From: the human T2T-CHM13v2.0 reference genome, Homo sapiens
Assembly (NCBI RefSeq): GCF_009914755.1
Contig: NC_060936.1
Length of the DNA stretch: 64,000 bases
Direction: 5' to 3' (one strand)
Of the stretch, positions 30,035 to 45,229 are shown piece by piece (within the stretch, counting starts at the first letter, position 1; every line of letters starts with the position of its first letter). A program made the translations under genes and the position numbers. The notes under the pieces were generated by a model. That model was not told the origin of the DNA. It searched no databases and saw nothing but the letters and a program-made list of their open reading frames with translations.

Positions 30035-30240
30035 AAGGCAGTTTAAGCTTAAGTCAGACCCTGAAGTCAGGCGCATTTTCGTGCAAATCTCAACCCTACT
30101 ACTCACATTTGACAAGTTATTTACTTCTCTAAACCTCTAAGCCTGTATCTGAGCTACAAAATAGGGATAAAAATAGTGCCTATCTCATAGAGATATTGAG
30201 GGGATTAAACGAGGTAATACATGATAACATACTAACTCAG
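30035..30240 (+). mobile_element. MIR
   Basis: gacaagttatttacttctct...aaaatagggataaaaatagtgcctatctcatagag...gattaaacgagg. Confidence 0.8.
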
Positions 30241-31064
30241 GCTCTGTTGTTAGAGGATCCATTGCCCCTCTTGCAAAATGGGAAAATGGAAACCATCTTC
30301 AAGTCTGTCAGACATCTCTAAGCCTGTCTTTTCTTCCAGCCTCTTTTCTTGGAGTTGCTCTACATTTTCCACTGTAGTGGATGGCCTCCGTTTTTCATTC
30401 GGCATTGCAGGAATTTTGAAGAATACACAGTTTTTGAAAAGAGACAGACAGTTCAAGAAGACAGGGGAAAACAGAAGAGGCCACTTATTTTGCATATAAG
30501 ACAGATGCTCAGGGCATACCAGAATAGCTTAGAATTATTTGTAATCAGCAGATATGAGTGTAGGTCTGGTATCAGCTTTAAAATGTTTTGTAATGTTGAG
30601 AAATATTTTACAATCCATCCACCCCCAGTTTTCCTATGACAAAATGTCAAGAGGGACGTGCAAGAAGCTTGAGAACCAGCAAGTAATTTTTCATATGAAT
30701 TCCCACTAGTTGGGACTGACTTGAAGGATGTAATTTATGGCCATTCTTGGGAAACGACCATGAAAATGTAGTGCTAAAGCTTGTCAGCTGCTTCCTGTCC
30801 CCTAAAGTGGTAGAGATAACTTACCAGAGTGTCCCATTTTCACTCTTTTTGGTTCCCACATTATACTTACAAACAAATAAAAACAATACAAACATGAAAG
30901 AGAACTCCAACTTCAAAGCACGCAAAGATAACTGATGACTAGGAAATAAGAGCTTTGGCTGCTTATTTGAATAAGCCAGGCTTTTCTTTTTCATCACAGT
31001 ACAATGTAAATGACTGCCTTTACTGATGAGAAAATTTTGCTTTTCAACATTTTTTTGTCACTCT

Positions 31065-32565
<1,501 letters not shown>

Positions 32566-32811
32566 TGTGGCCTACAACCACAATAGTAGTTCATGCTTTT
32601 GCATAATTTGCTGCCTTACTAGTACAGAAATACCTTTTTCGTTCTCACATAAAGATAATTATTTACTTTTACAGAAGGGAGAATTATTATTGATTTAACT
32701 ATATATTTTAAACATTGTATTTGGCCTCTCAGGATTTTTAGTTTTCAAATAAAAGTTATTGATTTGGACATATTTATATCTATTGATACAATTTAAAAAA
32801 TCTTAATGGAG

Positions 32812-33185
<374 letters not shown>

Positions 33186-33759
33186 TTAATGCATCTTGGC
33201 CTAAGACAATTAAGAAAATTTTGATATTCCATAGTTGATATAAGAAGGAAGAAAGCAGTAGAGATTATCATACATTTTGGAAAATAGAGGGAAAAATGAA
33301 CACGAATATTTAGTATCTATAACAAATTTCTACTTGTATAAAACAGCAAATCTGTTTCATTATAATGGCTAAGTACAGTTCTCCACAGTTGAGCAGTTTT
33401 TATTTGTACACTTCTATATATGTGCATATATATATGTGCACATTTTGGTCATTTTTTTTTGTTTTGAATCCTTGTCTTGATATTGTACTGAAAACAGTAG
33501 TGTTAGATTGTGTATATTTCACGAATTCTAAGTACAAAGCACTGTGACCCTCGCTGGGCAGCACAGTAACCATGCGCGGGTACCGACCACTTGACAAGCT
33601 GAAATGAGGCACACAGGGATTGCAGCAGGTGCAAAGCATCTCAGGTGCCGCTGAAACATGGCTTTTTAGAAAACTTTTGTTAAGGGCTTTTCAAAACTTT
33701 TGTTAAGGGCTCCATCTATAAAGGAAACAAGAAGAAATCACACCGCAAAAGGTATGCAG

Positions 33760-33915
33760 AATTTGGAGTGTAGCCTTAGATTTGTTAACCTTTCAATCTC
33801 AGTTTCTTCATGTCTAAAATAGAAATCACAGTAATATTTAAATTATTTATCCCACAGGATAATTTTAGTGATCAAAAGAGATACTGCCACAATAAAATAC
33901 TTTGCATATGAAAAA
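33760..33915 (+). mobile_element. MIR fragment
   Basis: ctcagtttcttcatgtctaaaatag...cacaggataattttagtgatcaaa. Confidence 0.55.
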
Positions 33916-34124
33916 TAATTATATTAATTATGATCACGCTTTGTCCAAAGACATTTGAAGGCATTACACAGAATGCTGGAAGTCAAGAATTAACGCAGCC
34001 CCACAGCTTGGATGGCAGCATAGTGGAGACGGAGATGTAAGAATTGAATTGGAAAAATACATCAGGGTTTGCTCAATAAGCATTAAAGCCTTAGGGAATA
34101 ATACTCCTTAGAAACAGGGGCATC

Positions 34125-34409
34125 GTCTGGGCGCAATGGCTCCCACCTGTAATCCCAGCACTTCGGGAGGCCGAGGCAGGCAGATCATCAGGTTAGGAGA
34201 TCAAGATCTTCCTGGCCAACATGGTGAAACCCCGTCTCTACTAAAAATACAAAAATTACTCAGGTGTGGCGGCACATGCTTGTAGTCACAGCTACCCGGG
34301 AGGTTGAGGCATGAGAATTGCTTGAACCCAGGAGGCGGAGGCTGCAGTGAGCTGAGATCACGCCATTGCACTGCAGCCTAGGCAACAGAATGAGACTCCA
34401 TCTCAGAAA

Positions 34410-34486
<77 letters not shown>
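34125..34486 (+). mobile_element. AluS (Sc-like) with GAAA-expanded tail
   Basis: Full Alu; TSD agaaacaggggcatc at 34110-34124 and 34487-34501. Confidence 0.93.
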
Positions 34487-34489
<3 letters not shown>

Positions 34490-34491
34490 AA
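34412..34491. repeat. (GAAA)20 perfect tetranucleotide STR
   Basis: Read directly from the sequence. Confidence 0.95.
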
Positions 34492-34864
34492 CAGGGGCAT
34501 CACTTAGTGTTTTGCTCTATCTAGTACAAATAAAGTAATAAAGTAGGCCACTGTGTCACACAGTATAATCTGTACATATGGACCATCCCAAGGAAAACAT
34601 CAGTCAACAAGTGTATTCTTTGGAGAATGTTTATCTTCTCCTTAGGTCCTCTCCAGTCTCAGGAATAATAAGCTAGTTCCTGAAAGCCCCTTGTACAGTG
34701 CACAGACCTGTTCACCAAACACTCTGGACCTTCCTTCCTCCTTCTTCCCATTTACATTTTGCCTGTTCAGGAACCAGCCAGATCCCCTTCACTCACCATG
34801 AGTAGCTGGTGCACTCAATTAATTCTCCTGGAAGCACATGCATTTTAGAAAACGATTTTAGAGA

Positions 34865-35460
34865 CTCACTCATTCACTTGATTGATTATTTATCAAGCAC
34901 CTATTTTGAATCAGAACCTATGTTAGGAGCCTGGACTTGAACCATACACAAGACCTACAGTCTCTGCCTTCATGCAGCTTACTATCTGGTGGTAAAGATA
35001 TATAACTAAGGAATCAATACTACCAATAACAATAATAATAATAATAATAAAACATATTGTTGACCATTTACCATGTGCCAAGCACTGTTCTAAGTATTTT
35101 GCATTAAAAATCCTCTTCCCAAAACATACAAAGTATATTCTGTTATTATTCCCATTTCACAGGTTTAAAAATTAAGTCTTATGAAGCTTAAATAATTTTC
35201 ATAAAGTTACTAAGAGGTGGAGGCAAAATTTAAACCCAGTATCCTTACCTGGTAAGGAGATTCGAGAGCATTGTAGAAATACATTGTAACTTAGACTAGT
35301 GGTAGGAACGGAAATTTTCCCTGAGGAAGTGCTGTCTAAAGAAAGACTTGAAAAATGAGACTACTGCCTTAATCAAAATGAATCTCTTATGAATTTCAGA
35401 ATACTTACACAGAACAAGAGCAAAGCAATGGGAAGAGGAATGTTTGAGGGCCGAAGGACC
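34865..35460 (-). mobile_element. L2 fragment interrupted by MIR (about 35025-35250)
   Basis: cactcattcac...atttatcaagcacctat (L2 end); ccatgtgccaagcactgttctaag...cccatttcacagg (MIR); ccctgaggaagtg (L2 body). Confidence 0.7.
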
Positions 35461-36009
35461 TAAATCTCATTGCTGAAATGGCAGACTACTCTGGTTATGC
35501 ACTGAGTGAAACAAGGTCCAGGCACAGCCCTGGCCAAGGACTGCCTCCAGGAGAAAGTATGTCTTACATCAATCAGAATAAAAAAAGAAATCAGGAGTTC
35601 AAATATTCCAATGTATCAGATAAATCCTCCAGCTAAGAGGACTGGGGAGAGCTTGGGCATATAAATATTAACTATACAGGCTTAAAATCCATAATTAAGA
35701 ACCCCATTAGAGTTTTCTCTCATTCTTAGAGACAGGTCCTATAGCATTGTTTTTATGATGAAGGAATAATTAAGATCCCTAATTATCATACATGTCCCAT
35801 TATACATAAGCATTATACATCCATTGGTCAAAACATAAATGGTACTACAATGGGTGGGAGTATTGAAGTGAGAAAAGGCAGCAGAGAAGCCTTTCTTCTA
35901 CATACATGAAGAGCTCTTTTGTTCTCAAGGAAGGAAAATATAACATGAAGAATTTTTTAAAAACACAACCAAATAAATTTACGGTGTGGTTTCAGCTTTA
36001 TTTTTCTGG

Positions 36010-36150
36010 GCTCTTAAAGATGACCTAGTCCAATTCCCTTATTTCACAAATGTGAAAATTATCTCAGAAAGGTAAACTTGCCTATCATCACACAGCTAAT
36101 TCCTGCCACTGTGAAAAATGGAACCTAGACCTCCTTACAATATTGCTCTA
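36010..36150 (-). mobile_element. MIR fragment
   Basis: ctagtccaattcccttatttcacaaatgtgaaaatt...aacttgcctatcatcacacagctaa. Confidence 0.6.
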
Positions 36151-36812
36151 GACCTTAGAGTCCTATAACATACGTTTATATTATGAAGAGTTTCCATTCT
36201 TCCTATTAGCAATAGGTTTTATGGAGATGTTCAGGTTAAGCCTAGATTTTTGCTAAGAATTTTGATGAACTTTGCTGAAGCAATATGAGTATTATTTGCC
36301 CTTGAGCCCCCGGTTGTGTTAACGAGGATCCCTAGTTTCAACCTTTTGTTGAAACATCACAAAATGTAGGTGGAGACTATAGCACTTTCTTTTGCAGTGA
36401 GTCAACAATGCCAGAAGCACTACACAAAAGCCAAGCAGACGTTATCCCTGCCAGGTGGCCTGATATTGAAAAAAGAGAAATAAATAATATGCTAGAAAAA
36501 TTGGATGACTCAGGGAGCAGGGAAGAAGAAGAGATGAAGATTAAAATTGATAACATCATTTTGTGACTCAGAGTCATTTTTCCTGGATCATATTTCAAAC
36601 GTTGCCCTTGTTAATTTTCCAATGAATATACAGATTTGAAAGCAAAGGAACAATGACCCAAAAGAACTAAGATTCGACATGAATGTGAAGAATTGGGTTA
36701 CATAGGGGAAGTGTTTCCAGTAGCGGATAAGACATACATGTGGAATAGAGGAAAGAAAGTAATTTAATAGTCAGATGGTCTCTGCTGCGAATCCAGATCT
36801 GCTCAGTGAGAG

Positions 36813-37383
36813 TGTATCATAGGGTCTAGCCAGGAAAACAGAAACCACTCTACGTCTTTCAAACCGATGCATTTAATCAAGGGAAATTATTATCCAAAAT
36901 GATGAAAAACCTGAGAAGCCATTAGGAGATGGAAGGCAACAGGAGAAAACTGTAACCACAACTAGAGGTGATGAAACAACAGGAGGAAATGGGTAACCAG
37001 AGCCCAGCATCTGGAGCTGTCCAGGAGAAGCTGGAGTCAGTGAAGACTGCCTAGTGGGAAAGACGATCATTGAAGGAGGAGCTTTCTTAAGGTAATTAGA
37101 ACTCTAGATGGGACCCAATTACTCCACAGGAATGGAAACATCACAGGAAATACTACAGGAAGGGGTAGGGCGGAGAGAGAGAGGAGAGTGGAGAGAGGAG
37201 AGAGAGAGAAACATTGTGGTTTTTCCTTTCCATATTGCAGTCTTCTGCTACTACCTCACATTGGCCAAATGTGCCAGAAATGAAGAGGAGAAGAGAGACA
37301 AGGAAATGCAGTTCTATTTAAAACAGAGCAAAGCAGGGAAAGAGCAAGAATGGATGAGGTTACTCAGTTAATTGACTAGCACA
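36813..37383 (-). mobile_element. Ancient MaLR/ERVL-type LTR (MLT1N2/MLT1O-like)
   Basis: tgtatcatagggtctagccaggaaaacagaaaccactcta...catttaat ... ctagcaca. Confidence 0.55.
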
Positions 37384-39735
37384 AGGCACAGTTAATAAGG
37401 TCTGACTCCAGAAGACTCACTGATCTCTGAGCCAGTCCTGACTGGAGCAAGTTTTACATAGGGGCTCCATTACCATTTGTGGGGCCTAGATTCATCCATC
37501 CTCCTTTCTAGAGCTTCTGAAGTAAGCTCAAAACTCACTGCCTATTCACCAAACTTTAGACTTCTCCTAAACAATCTAAGTATTTGGGACATCCATAAAG
37601 CTAATGTCCAGCTTACCACATGAGCCTTCTCTGAACCTACTCCCTTCTTTTGAGACTTTGACAGCCTGTGAAGCTCATTAATTCCCACTTCCAAGGGACA
37701 TGAACAAGGCTTGCACCCCCAACTTTGGGCTAGAATATTGATCCGAAAAGGATTGATCATCTGGGGCTTCAGTGCAGCCACCTATTAGACGTCCTGTATC
37801 ACCACTAGCAAGTTTCTCCAGGCTCTGTGTTTCCACCCACCCATTGGACCGCCTTGATATAGTCAACAGCAGAATTTTCTATTAGTTGCCATACCCTGAG
37901 CTGTATAGACTTTGTCTTAGGGGGCCAACAGAACCACTGTTTACTTTGCTGGGCTTGGATTACCCATGGTCCACTAAGCAGTCACATTGAATTTTCCTTC
38001 TTTATCTCTCCCTCAGAAATTTGCCACCCACAAAAGGTGTTAACTAGCACAAAATAGTCAAAGGTGTATGAGAATAAGATAGAGTTAAAACAAAATTTCC
38101 TTTGGAAAATTGACCTTTTGCACCTGGAGAGAATCCAAAGGGTATTATTGAAGTTTTCCAGTGGAGCACTCTCTTCATTAAGCCAGGGTGCCGCTCTGGA
38201 AATTTTAATGTAAGAGCAAATTGTCAATAATCCTCTTGGCACTAAAGGTTGTGCTCTCTCTTTGAGGTCTCAAACAGCTCCTCCAGAGCAGACTCAGAGC
38301 TAAATGAAGAGTAGGAACAAAATGTACCAAAACCCAAATTGATTCTGAGGACACGATCAGATTCTCAGTCATTTGCCTTGTCCGTGTGGCACTTTAAAGC
38401 TGAAGGTTAAGGGAAGGACTCCTGCTGAGCCCTGGCTGCATTAGTCATAGCAGCATGTCTTTGAGCGGCGACCACTCAAAGACAGCAAATTACGGATTTC
38501 TGCCTCTGCATGTAAACTGTCTCCGTACAACTAAGGAAACTAGATTGGAACTCATGTACCAAACACTTCTTCTAGCCAACAATCTTTTAACTTCTGCCAA
38601 GACTTTTTTTTTTAACTAAAATAAAGTTGCTCAAGCTCCAAAAATAACATCTGTTGCTCAGAGTAACATTTTCAAACAACATAATAAATTGTACTTCCAG
38701 AAAATATACACTTTATGCTTCCCTAAGGGAACTCACAAATGGGTGATGTGGGATTCTCAGCTCCTTCATTTCATGTACTGCCTGCCCTTGGGCAAGTTGT
38801 TTAGGTGGTATGGGTGGTGGTAAGACTCACCATGAGAAATTTACCTTCATTTACAGCATGTAGGGACTGGAGTAGCCTTAACTAACAACTCTCCCCAGAT
38901 GAGCCTGGTAGGTTAGCAGAATGAAGTTTTAAAATGGGGTTATGATGCCCTGGAGTAAGTACCAGGGAGAGCCAAAGAGGTTAAACAATCATATTAATAA
39001 CTATAACACTCCAATTATGGCACATTTTTAAATTCCCTGAAAGTTAAATACTTTCTGAGATCAACTAACGGCCTCACTCTTAATTTTGAAACCTGCCAAT
39101 CCTAGGATCTTATCCTCTCCAACTCTCCCTGTCAACCTTTTAGAGATGGAAGATGGGCTGAGCATGGATGTGCTTCGATCACAATTGGCTCCATGACTGT
39201 AAGCTCCCCTGACCATTTCCTAGGTACACCTAGGTCACTAGTATAAGAGACTGGGAGAGGTTGTGCAGGTTATGTATAATCATTATCACTACTAGAGATA
39301 ATTCAAAACCCTCATTTCCATATGCACAGGGTAAAAGACTTAACTCCATGAGAACCCTCATTTCTAATTTGAGAAGAAATTCCAAAGATATTTTTATTGT
39401 TATCAACTTCTTAAAAGCATGAGATAGCCCTGCTGTCTGCCTTGGCCAGGATGTGGCTGCCAAGGGCAGAGTAGCAAGGAGGCCTAGAGAGTAAGCCCAG
39501 GGTTTCTTCTAGATTGAAAGGTATTGAAAATAAATAGCCAACCTCATGGGCTTGCAAGATTTTTTAGAACTAGAACATAATATTCACACAATTCATCCAA
39601 TTGAATCAAATTCCTTAATCCTATGTAGGTGTTATGCAAAAAGAATGGGAAAATAAGAATTTCAGTGTCTCCTTTTTAATTTTGGGACTCTGGACAAGTC
39701 ACCAAGGCACTCTGAGCTTCAGTCTCATGATAATT

Positions 39736-39862
39736 GATGATGATGATGATGATGATGATGGTGGGGATGGTGGTGATGGTGGTGATGGTGGTGGTGGTGG
39801 TGGTGGTGGTGGTAGTGGTGTTGGTGGTGGTGTTGGTGGTGGTGGTGGTGGTAGGGGTGGTG
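39736..39862. repeat. Compound (GAT)8-(GGT)n trinucleotide repeat
   Basis: Read directly from the sequence. Confidence 0.95.
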
Positions 39863-40117
39863 CCACTGCAGCTGCTTACCTTCCCTAATGCAAACATTAT
39901 GTGAAATTCACATCAGCATATATGAAATGACTTTATGGTAAGATATGGTGCTTTGAAAGTATTTATTGTTGTTGCTTTCATTGTTGTTGTTATTCAGAAT
40001 GTTGTGTCAACCACTATACTGCCTGACAAACGGATGGACTAGATCACTTTTTTTTTTTTCGATATTTAAAGAGGTCTTTTATTTAAATCATCTTGTATCA
40101 TGTCTGACACATTATTG

Positions 40118-40208
40118 TTTTTTGTTTTTTTTTTATTATACTTTAAGTTTTAGGGTACATGTGCACATTGTGCAGGTTAGTTACATATGTATACATGTGC
40201 CATGCTGG
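40118..40208 (-). mobile_element. Young L1PA (L1PA2/pre-Ta-like) extreme 3' tip
   Basis: Poly-T then attatactttaagttttagggtacatgtgcacattgtgcaggttagttacatatgtatacatgtgccatgctgg. Confidence 0.93.
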
Positions 40209-40641
40209 AAGAACTTTCCTGACCCTAAGATTCAGTTTTGCTATATGTTCATGTGCTTTCTCATGTTCTAAGGTCAAAACATCAATGAAAATATAATGTC
40301 TTACAAGCAAGGCAGGTCTTATTAAGCCGACAATGCATAGGCAAGCCTTGGTGCAGAGGGTACATTTTCTTACCAAGTATAGGGCATGTATAAAAATTAC
40401 TGAGGGTTAATCTGACTTGGCCTTCCCAATTAAGCCTGCCTGGAGGCCTGAGCAAACCAGAATGTCCCAGACACTAGACTTGGCCTGGGTTGAATGTGAC
40501 TATCTGCTGGGTTGCCCTGAGAGGAGTCCAGGCTCTAGACTGGCCCTCCCTCTTTGTTCTGTAGTGAATTTAAAGGGGATTTAGGTTCTGCATCAGAAAG
40601 ACTCCACCCCAGCTCTAAGTCAATGCCTGCCTCTTCTGGAG

Positions 40642-40822
40642 AAGTGGTTCTCAAAGTTCAGCATCAGCAGAATCACCTGGGGAGGGGCTTGTTAACACCC
40701 AGATTGCTGGACCCCGGCCCCGGGGTTTCTGATTCAGTCGGTCTAGGGTGGGGCATGGGTAACTGCATTTCTAAGACGGTGCTGGTGCTGCTGCTCTTAG
40801 GACCATGTGTTGAGAAGCAATG
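40642..40822. mobile_element. MER5A hAT-Charlie MITE
   Basis: agtggttctcaaag...agaatcacctgg...tctgattcagtcggtctagggtgggg...ttgagaagcaatg. Confidence 0.85.
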
Positions 40823-41564
40823 TTTGGGAGAAACCATCATATATTCTGGTATCTAAATTGACCCTTTAAATATGCCAAAAAGACAGGCAGTTTTGTGAGC
40901 TGTTTTTGATGGAAGCTGGAATGGAGATACTTTAAAAAAGATAGTAGTAGTGGGTGTTAACTTTAAAAATAGATAATCTAGTTATATAAATTACATCCAA
41001 ATAAAGCATTCCTTTTTTTGCATAGACTTCCCTGTTTAACATTTCTAATAAAGACAAAAAAATCATACTTTTTTGGATGAGTCATTTTTCCCATCTCTGG
41101 CTATTAAAAGTGAACAGTTTTAATTGGTTTTTTGCTCAAATTGAGGCAAAAGGCTTTCAGGTTGGTGACACAGTTACAAATTGCCCTTTGAAAGTTGAAT
41201 AACAATTGGGAACTATGGCCCTGAGAGAAGGTAATGTCAACTGTACACCTCAGTTTTTCCTTTCATTATGCCTACAAGTCTGGCTTATGATTGCCTCTCA
41301 TCTAATTAACCAATTAGGCTTTTCACCTTTTTGTTGGGACACTCAAATGTCCAAGGCTCTGCTTTAATAGTACATTCCATCATCATAAAAATGTGTGCAA
41401 TTCCCTACTTTCCAAAGAAGATTGCATTTCTTGAGATTTATGTGCTGTTTTCAAGTTCAGTATTAATGATTTGGATGTGGTCCCCTGCAGCTTTAATCAC
41501 TCACCACAAATAAGAGGTGAAATATAAGCATCATTTAGCTTCTTCGTTGCGGTCTGCCTTATTA

Positions 41565-41800
41565 GCAGGAGAGCAACACAACAGCGAGAGAGTTCTGCAC
41601 TGAGCCTAAAGACTCAATTTCCATTCCAGCTCAAACGTTTACTGGTTCCAGGACCTTGAGGAAACCCTTTGACTCCCCAGAGGTTTTTCAGTTTTGAAAT
41701 GGGGCCAATAATCTGTGCCTGGACTACTTCAGAGGGTTGTTTTGATGATCAAAATCAAAATGAGATAACACAAGTGAGAGCACTTTGGAAATTCATAAGT
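41565..41800 (+). mobile_element. MIR
   Basis: gaccttgaggaaa...tgaaatgggg...cagagggttgtt...aatgagataac. Confidence 0.6.
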
Positions 41801-42039
41801 CTTAAAAGAGTCAAGATCTCCTTCTTCCTGGTGTCATGTTGTGGGTACAGTGTATTCTCTGTGATGGATTGTTAGTTTGCCCTGGACTGTGTCCGCAGGT
41901 TTCATTCCTGCTCCCAGCAAGCAGTTTCTCAAATGTGTGCTGCTGGTTCCTACTTGAAGACTGATGAGAAATGATGACAGCCCCATATCAACTCGCCATG
42001 ATAATCCTAACATTTCTCTGCCACTGTAAAGGTAATAAA

Positions 42040-42200
42040 ATCATTTTCAAGCACATGATGTTTCTTAACCTTTATAACCCTGTGCAGTTAATATTATTTC
42101 TCTCAATTCGCAGATGAGGAAACAAAGATGCAGATTCTTATTGTCTTCTCAAGTACATAGTGAGGAGCAGAACCTTTTCTTCTGGAAAACCAGATTTAAA
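42040..42200 (-). mobile_element. MIR fragment
   Basis: ataaccctgtg...cagatgaggaaaca. Confidence 0.6.
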
Positions 42201-42495
42201 GAAATAAGTACATAGGCAACTCAAGGGTATGGTCTGCTGATACACTAAAGGTTTTTTTTTGTTGTTGTTGTTTTGTTTTGTTTTTCTGTTTTAATGACTC
42301 TGGAGATGAAAGGTTGTAAATCAAGGGAATCCCAAGGTAAGAAAATAAAACACGTTCTCATTGGTTTGCCAGTGAAATGAATGATAAGTGCAAACTTAAA
42401 CCTACAAGATCGAGGAGGTGAAGTTTAAATAGTAAGTTCTATAAGAGCCAACCTATAAAAACAGATCTGTAGTGTTCCTTCTGACTATACAGGGG

Positions 42496-42981
42496 TGTGA
42501 TGGTTAATTTTATGCATTAACTTAACTGGATCACAGGATGCCCAGATGTTTAGCTAAACATTATTTTGGGTGTGTCTGTGAGGCTGTTTCCAGAGAGATT
42601 AGCATTTGAATTGATAGACTGAGTCAAGATTGCCCTGACCAATGCAGTTGGGTATCATCCAATCCTTTGAGGCCCGGACCAGAAGCCAAGAAGAAGGAAG
42701 GGAGAATTTGTCCCCTCTGCCTGATTGCTTGAGCTGAACATTGATCTCCTCCTCCTCTTGGCACTTCTGGTTCTCAGGCCTCAGACACAGACTGGAATCT
42801 ACACCATCTGTGGACCTTTCCTGGGCCTCCAGCTTGCAGACAGCAGGTCTGCAAAATCAGATCAGCAGATCTGTGGAACCACACAGCCTCTGCCATCATG
42901 TGAGCCAGTTCCTTATAATAAATCTATTTACATGAATGTATATATCTTATTGGTTCTGTTTCCCTAGAGAACCCTAATACA
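42496..42981 (+). mobile_element. ERVL solo LTR (MLT2C/D-like), full length
   Basis: tgtgatggttaattttatg ... tattggttctgtttccctagagaaccctaataca. Confidence 0.9.
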
Positions 42982-43190
42982 AAGGATTCCCTCTCAGATA
43001 TGTATAGAAATTTATTTTTATGAGTTTCTAGCCAGGCATTCATGTGATACCAATTCTTGGCCAGTACTAAACTTTGACTCTTAATGATTAAACCACACTC
43101 TTTAGGGAGACCACAATGTGGGGACACATTAACAGAAGCCAAACACCACACAAGCAATGAAACAAGAAGGACACACGTCATCTGCTAAAA

Positions 43191-43191
<1 letters not shown>

Positions 43192-43240
<49 letters not shown>
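43192..43240. repeat. (TG)24 microsatellite
   Basis: Read directly from the sequence. Confidence 0.95.
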
Positions 43241-43242
<2 letters not shown>

Positions 43243-43489
43243 CATCAGGGATCAACAATGCATGAGTTTGGGAAGACCAGATGATGAGACCCAGCTTACA
43301 AGGTATTTTGTATTTCTAATTGTTATAAAACCCGCCAGATTCAAAGTAAGTGAGAAATACAGATATAGAAATGGCACTCATAAATGAATTCAACTCCAAA
43401 GTGAATAAAACTTAAGACTATTTTAAAATAAAAGTGCAATTTTATTTAAATAAAATAAATGCTTTGAGTTATTTTAAAATAAATATTAG

Positions 43490-43730
43490 AAGAGCGAACC
43501 CAAATGTTAACTATGGACTTGGGTGATAATGATGTGCACTGTAGGTTCATAAATAATTGTAAGATATTTACCACTCTGGCACAGGAGGCGGATGGTGGGG
43601 TAGTCTGGGTGTGTGTAGGGGGAAGGGAGTGGGAGGACAGAGGGCATATAGGAACTCTGTACTTTCTGCCCAGTTTAGCCCTGAACCTAAAACTGTCCTA
43701 AAAATAGAGTGCTTTTTTAAAAAAAAGAAA
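43490..43730 (+). mobile_element. L1MC/L1MD 3' end fragment
   Basis: aatgttaactatggacttgggtgataatgatgtg...ggaactctgtactttctgcc...gaacctaaaactg. Confidence 0.8.
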
Positions 43731-45229
43731 AATTATTTTTTTAAAAGCACATTTTCTGGAGTTGTGATCTTCAGGATTACTGCTAGCAATTGCATTTTAC
43801 AAACATGCAGAGGCCAGTGGCTTCCAATCTCTGAGTATAATATGTTGGTCTGGAGGATAGACTCTGTTTACCTTTTGGATCCAGACTTTGGTTCTGAATG
43901 AACATATTTTATAGAACATGCAAAGGGCAGCCGAGCTCGAGGAAGCCTGCAGAGTTCTGCAGTGTGAAGGCACACTGAGCAGAGATGGCATTTCCAGTTT
44001 TCACAGAAGATGCCACAGCTCTTGCATATACTGTATCTCCTTCCAACTTAAGTTCCCAAAAGGTAAAATCACCCTAAACAACCACTTTTAAAAGTCTAAA
44101 TCACTTTCCTAAAAACCAGAGGAAATAAAAATCACAGTTAATATAAAACCAACTACTAATACTTCCTCTTCTACTACATGACTGTGTGCATAAATAAAAC
44201 TCTGCAGACAATTCAAGGGAGCTTTAGAAAATCCCAGGTATCTACAGAGGTTATTGTTCTCTTTGATTTACCAATAGGGAGAATTTAATTGGTGCATTTA
44301 TTGTGTTTATCACTGTAGTAACATGAATGAAAATTTTCAGGTCTCTGTCTGGCTTAGAAGGATCACTGCAATGCGATGCCACTGTCTTCCTTCAGGATGC
44401 ACCCATGTGCTGAGGGATGTGTGCATTCACCCACTTAGGAGGCTATAATCAAAGCTGGCGGTCAGAGCTGGTGTTGGACCTTCCTACTGCCAAGTATGAG
44501 TTGATTAATAGCGTGAATTTTTACTCCGCCTTGTGGTCTTCTGATTTTTCCCCACATATCAGAACCTTGAATTTACAGTACGATTAGTAGACTTTGAACA
44601 AATATTTTAACTGAATGACTAATTGAATAAATGATTTAATTAACACAAGGTGAGTTCAGGGACCAAATAATTTGGATGATTTACAAGGTTCATGAAAGAA
44701 CAGCAGATAAGGCTGGACTGTGGATTGGAGATAGAGTGTAGGATATCCTGAATGCCAGCTGAGGAGGTGGGAGGAGAGGAGCCTCCAGAGGTTTCTGAGT
44801 GGGGCGGGAGCACAATCAAAGCATGCTTAGTATGACTGTGATTAGAAGTCATGAGTCAAAGTAAATATCTGAGAGACATACCTAAAAAACAATTTTCTCT
44901 TCTTATTTTTCATGTTGTTAATGAATTATTTTTAAGTGGGTTTTAAGTTAACCTGAAAAGGTCTTGAAATTTCAATAAAATTAAAACATTCCATTTCCCA
45001 GAGCTCATGCAAAAGAATATTTCATAAGTGATGTATTTCCAAGGAAAAGAACATTGACATACTCTGACTACATGCTACCTAAAATAATAGAGGTTATTGG
45101 TTAAATATATTAATAACGAGAATCATACTAATAGTTAATAAGCTTATGTGTAGTTCTCCGACTTTTTTGAAATAATTTAAACATGTGTTAAGACCTAACA
45201 TTTTTACTTATTCTTTAAAGCTACATACA

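Noticed and set aside
39634-39897. Poly-Asp/Gly and poly-Thr/Ile ORFs
   Set aside because: Artefacts of the GAT/GGT triplet repeat
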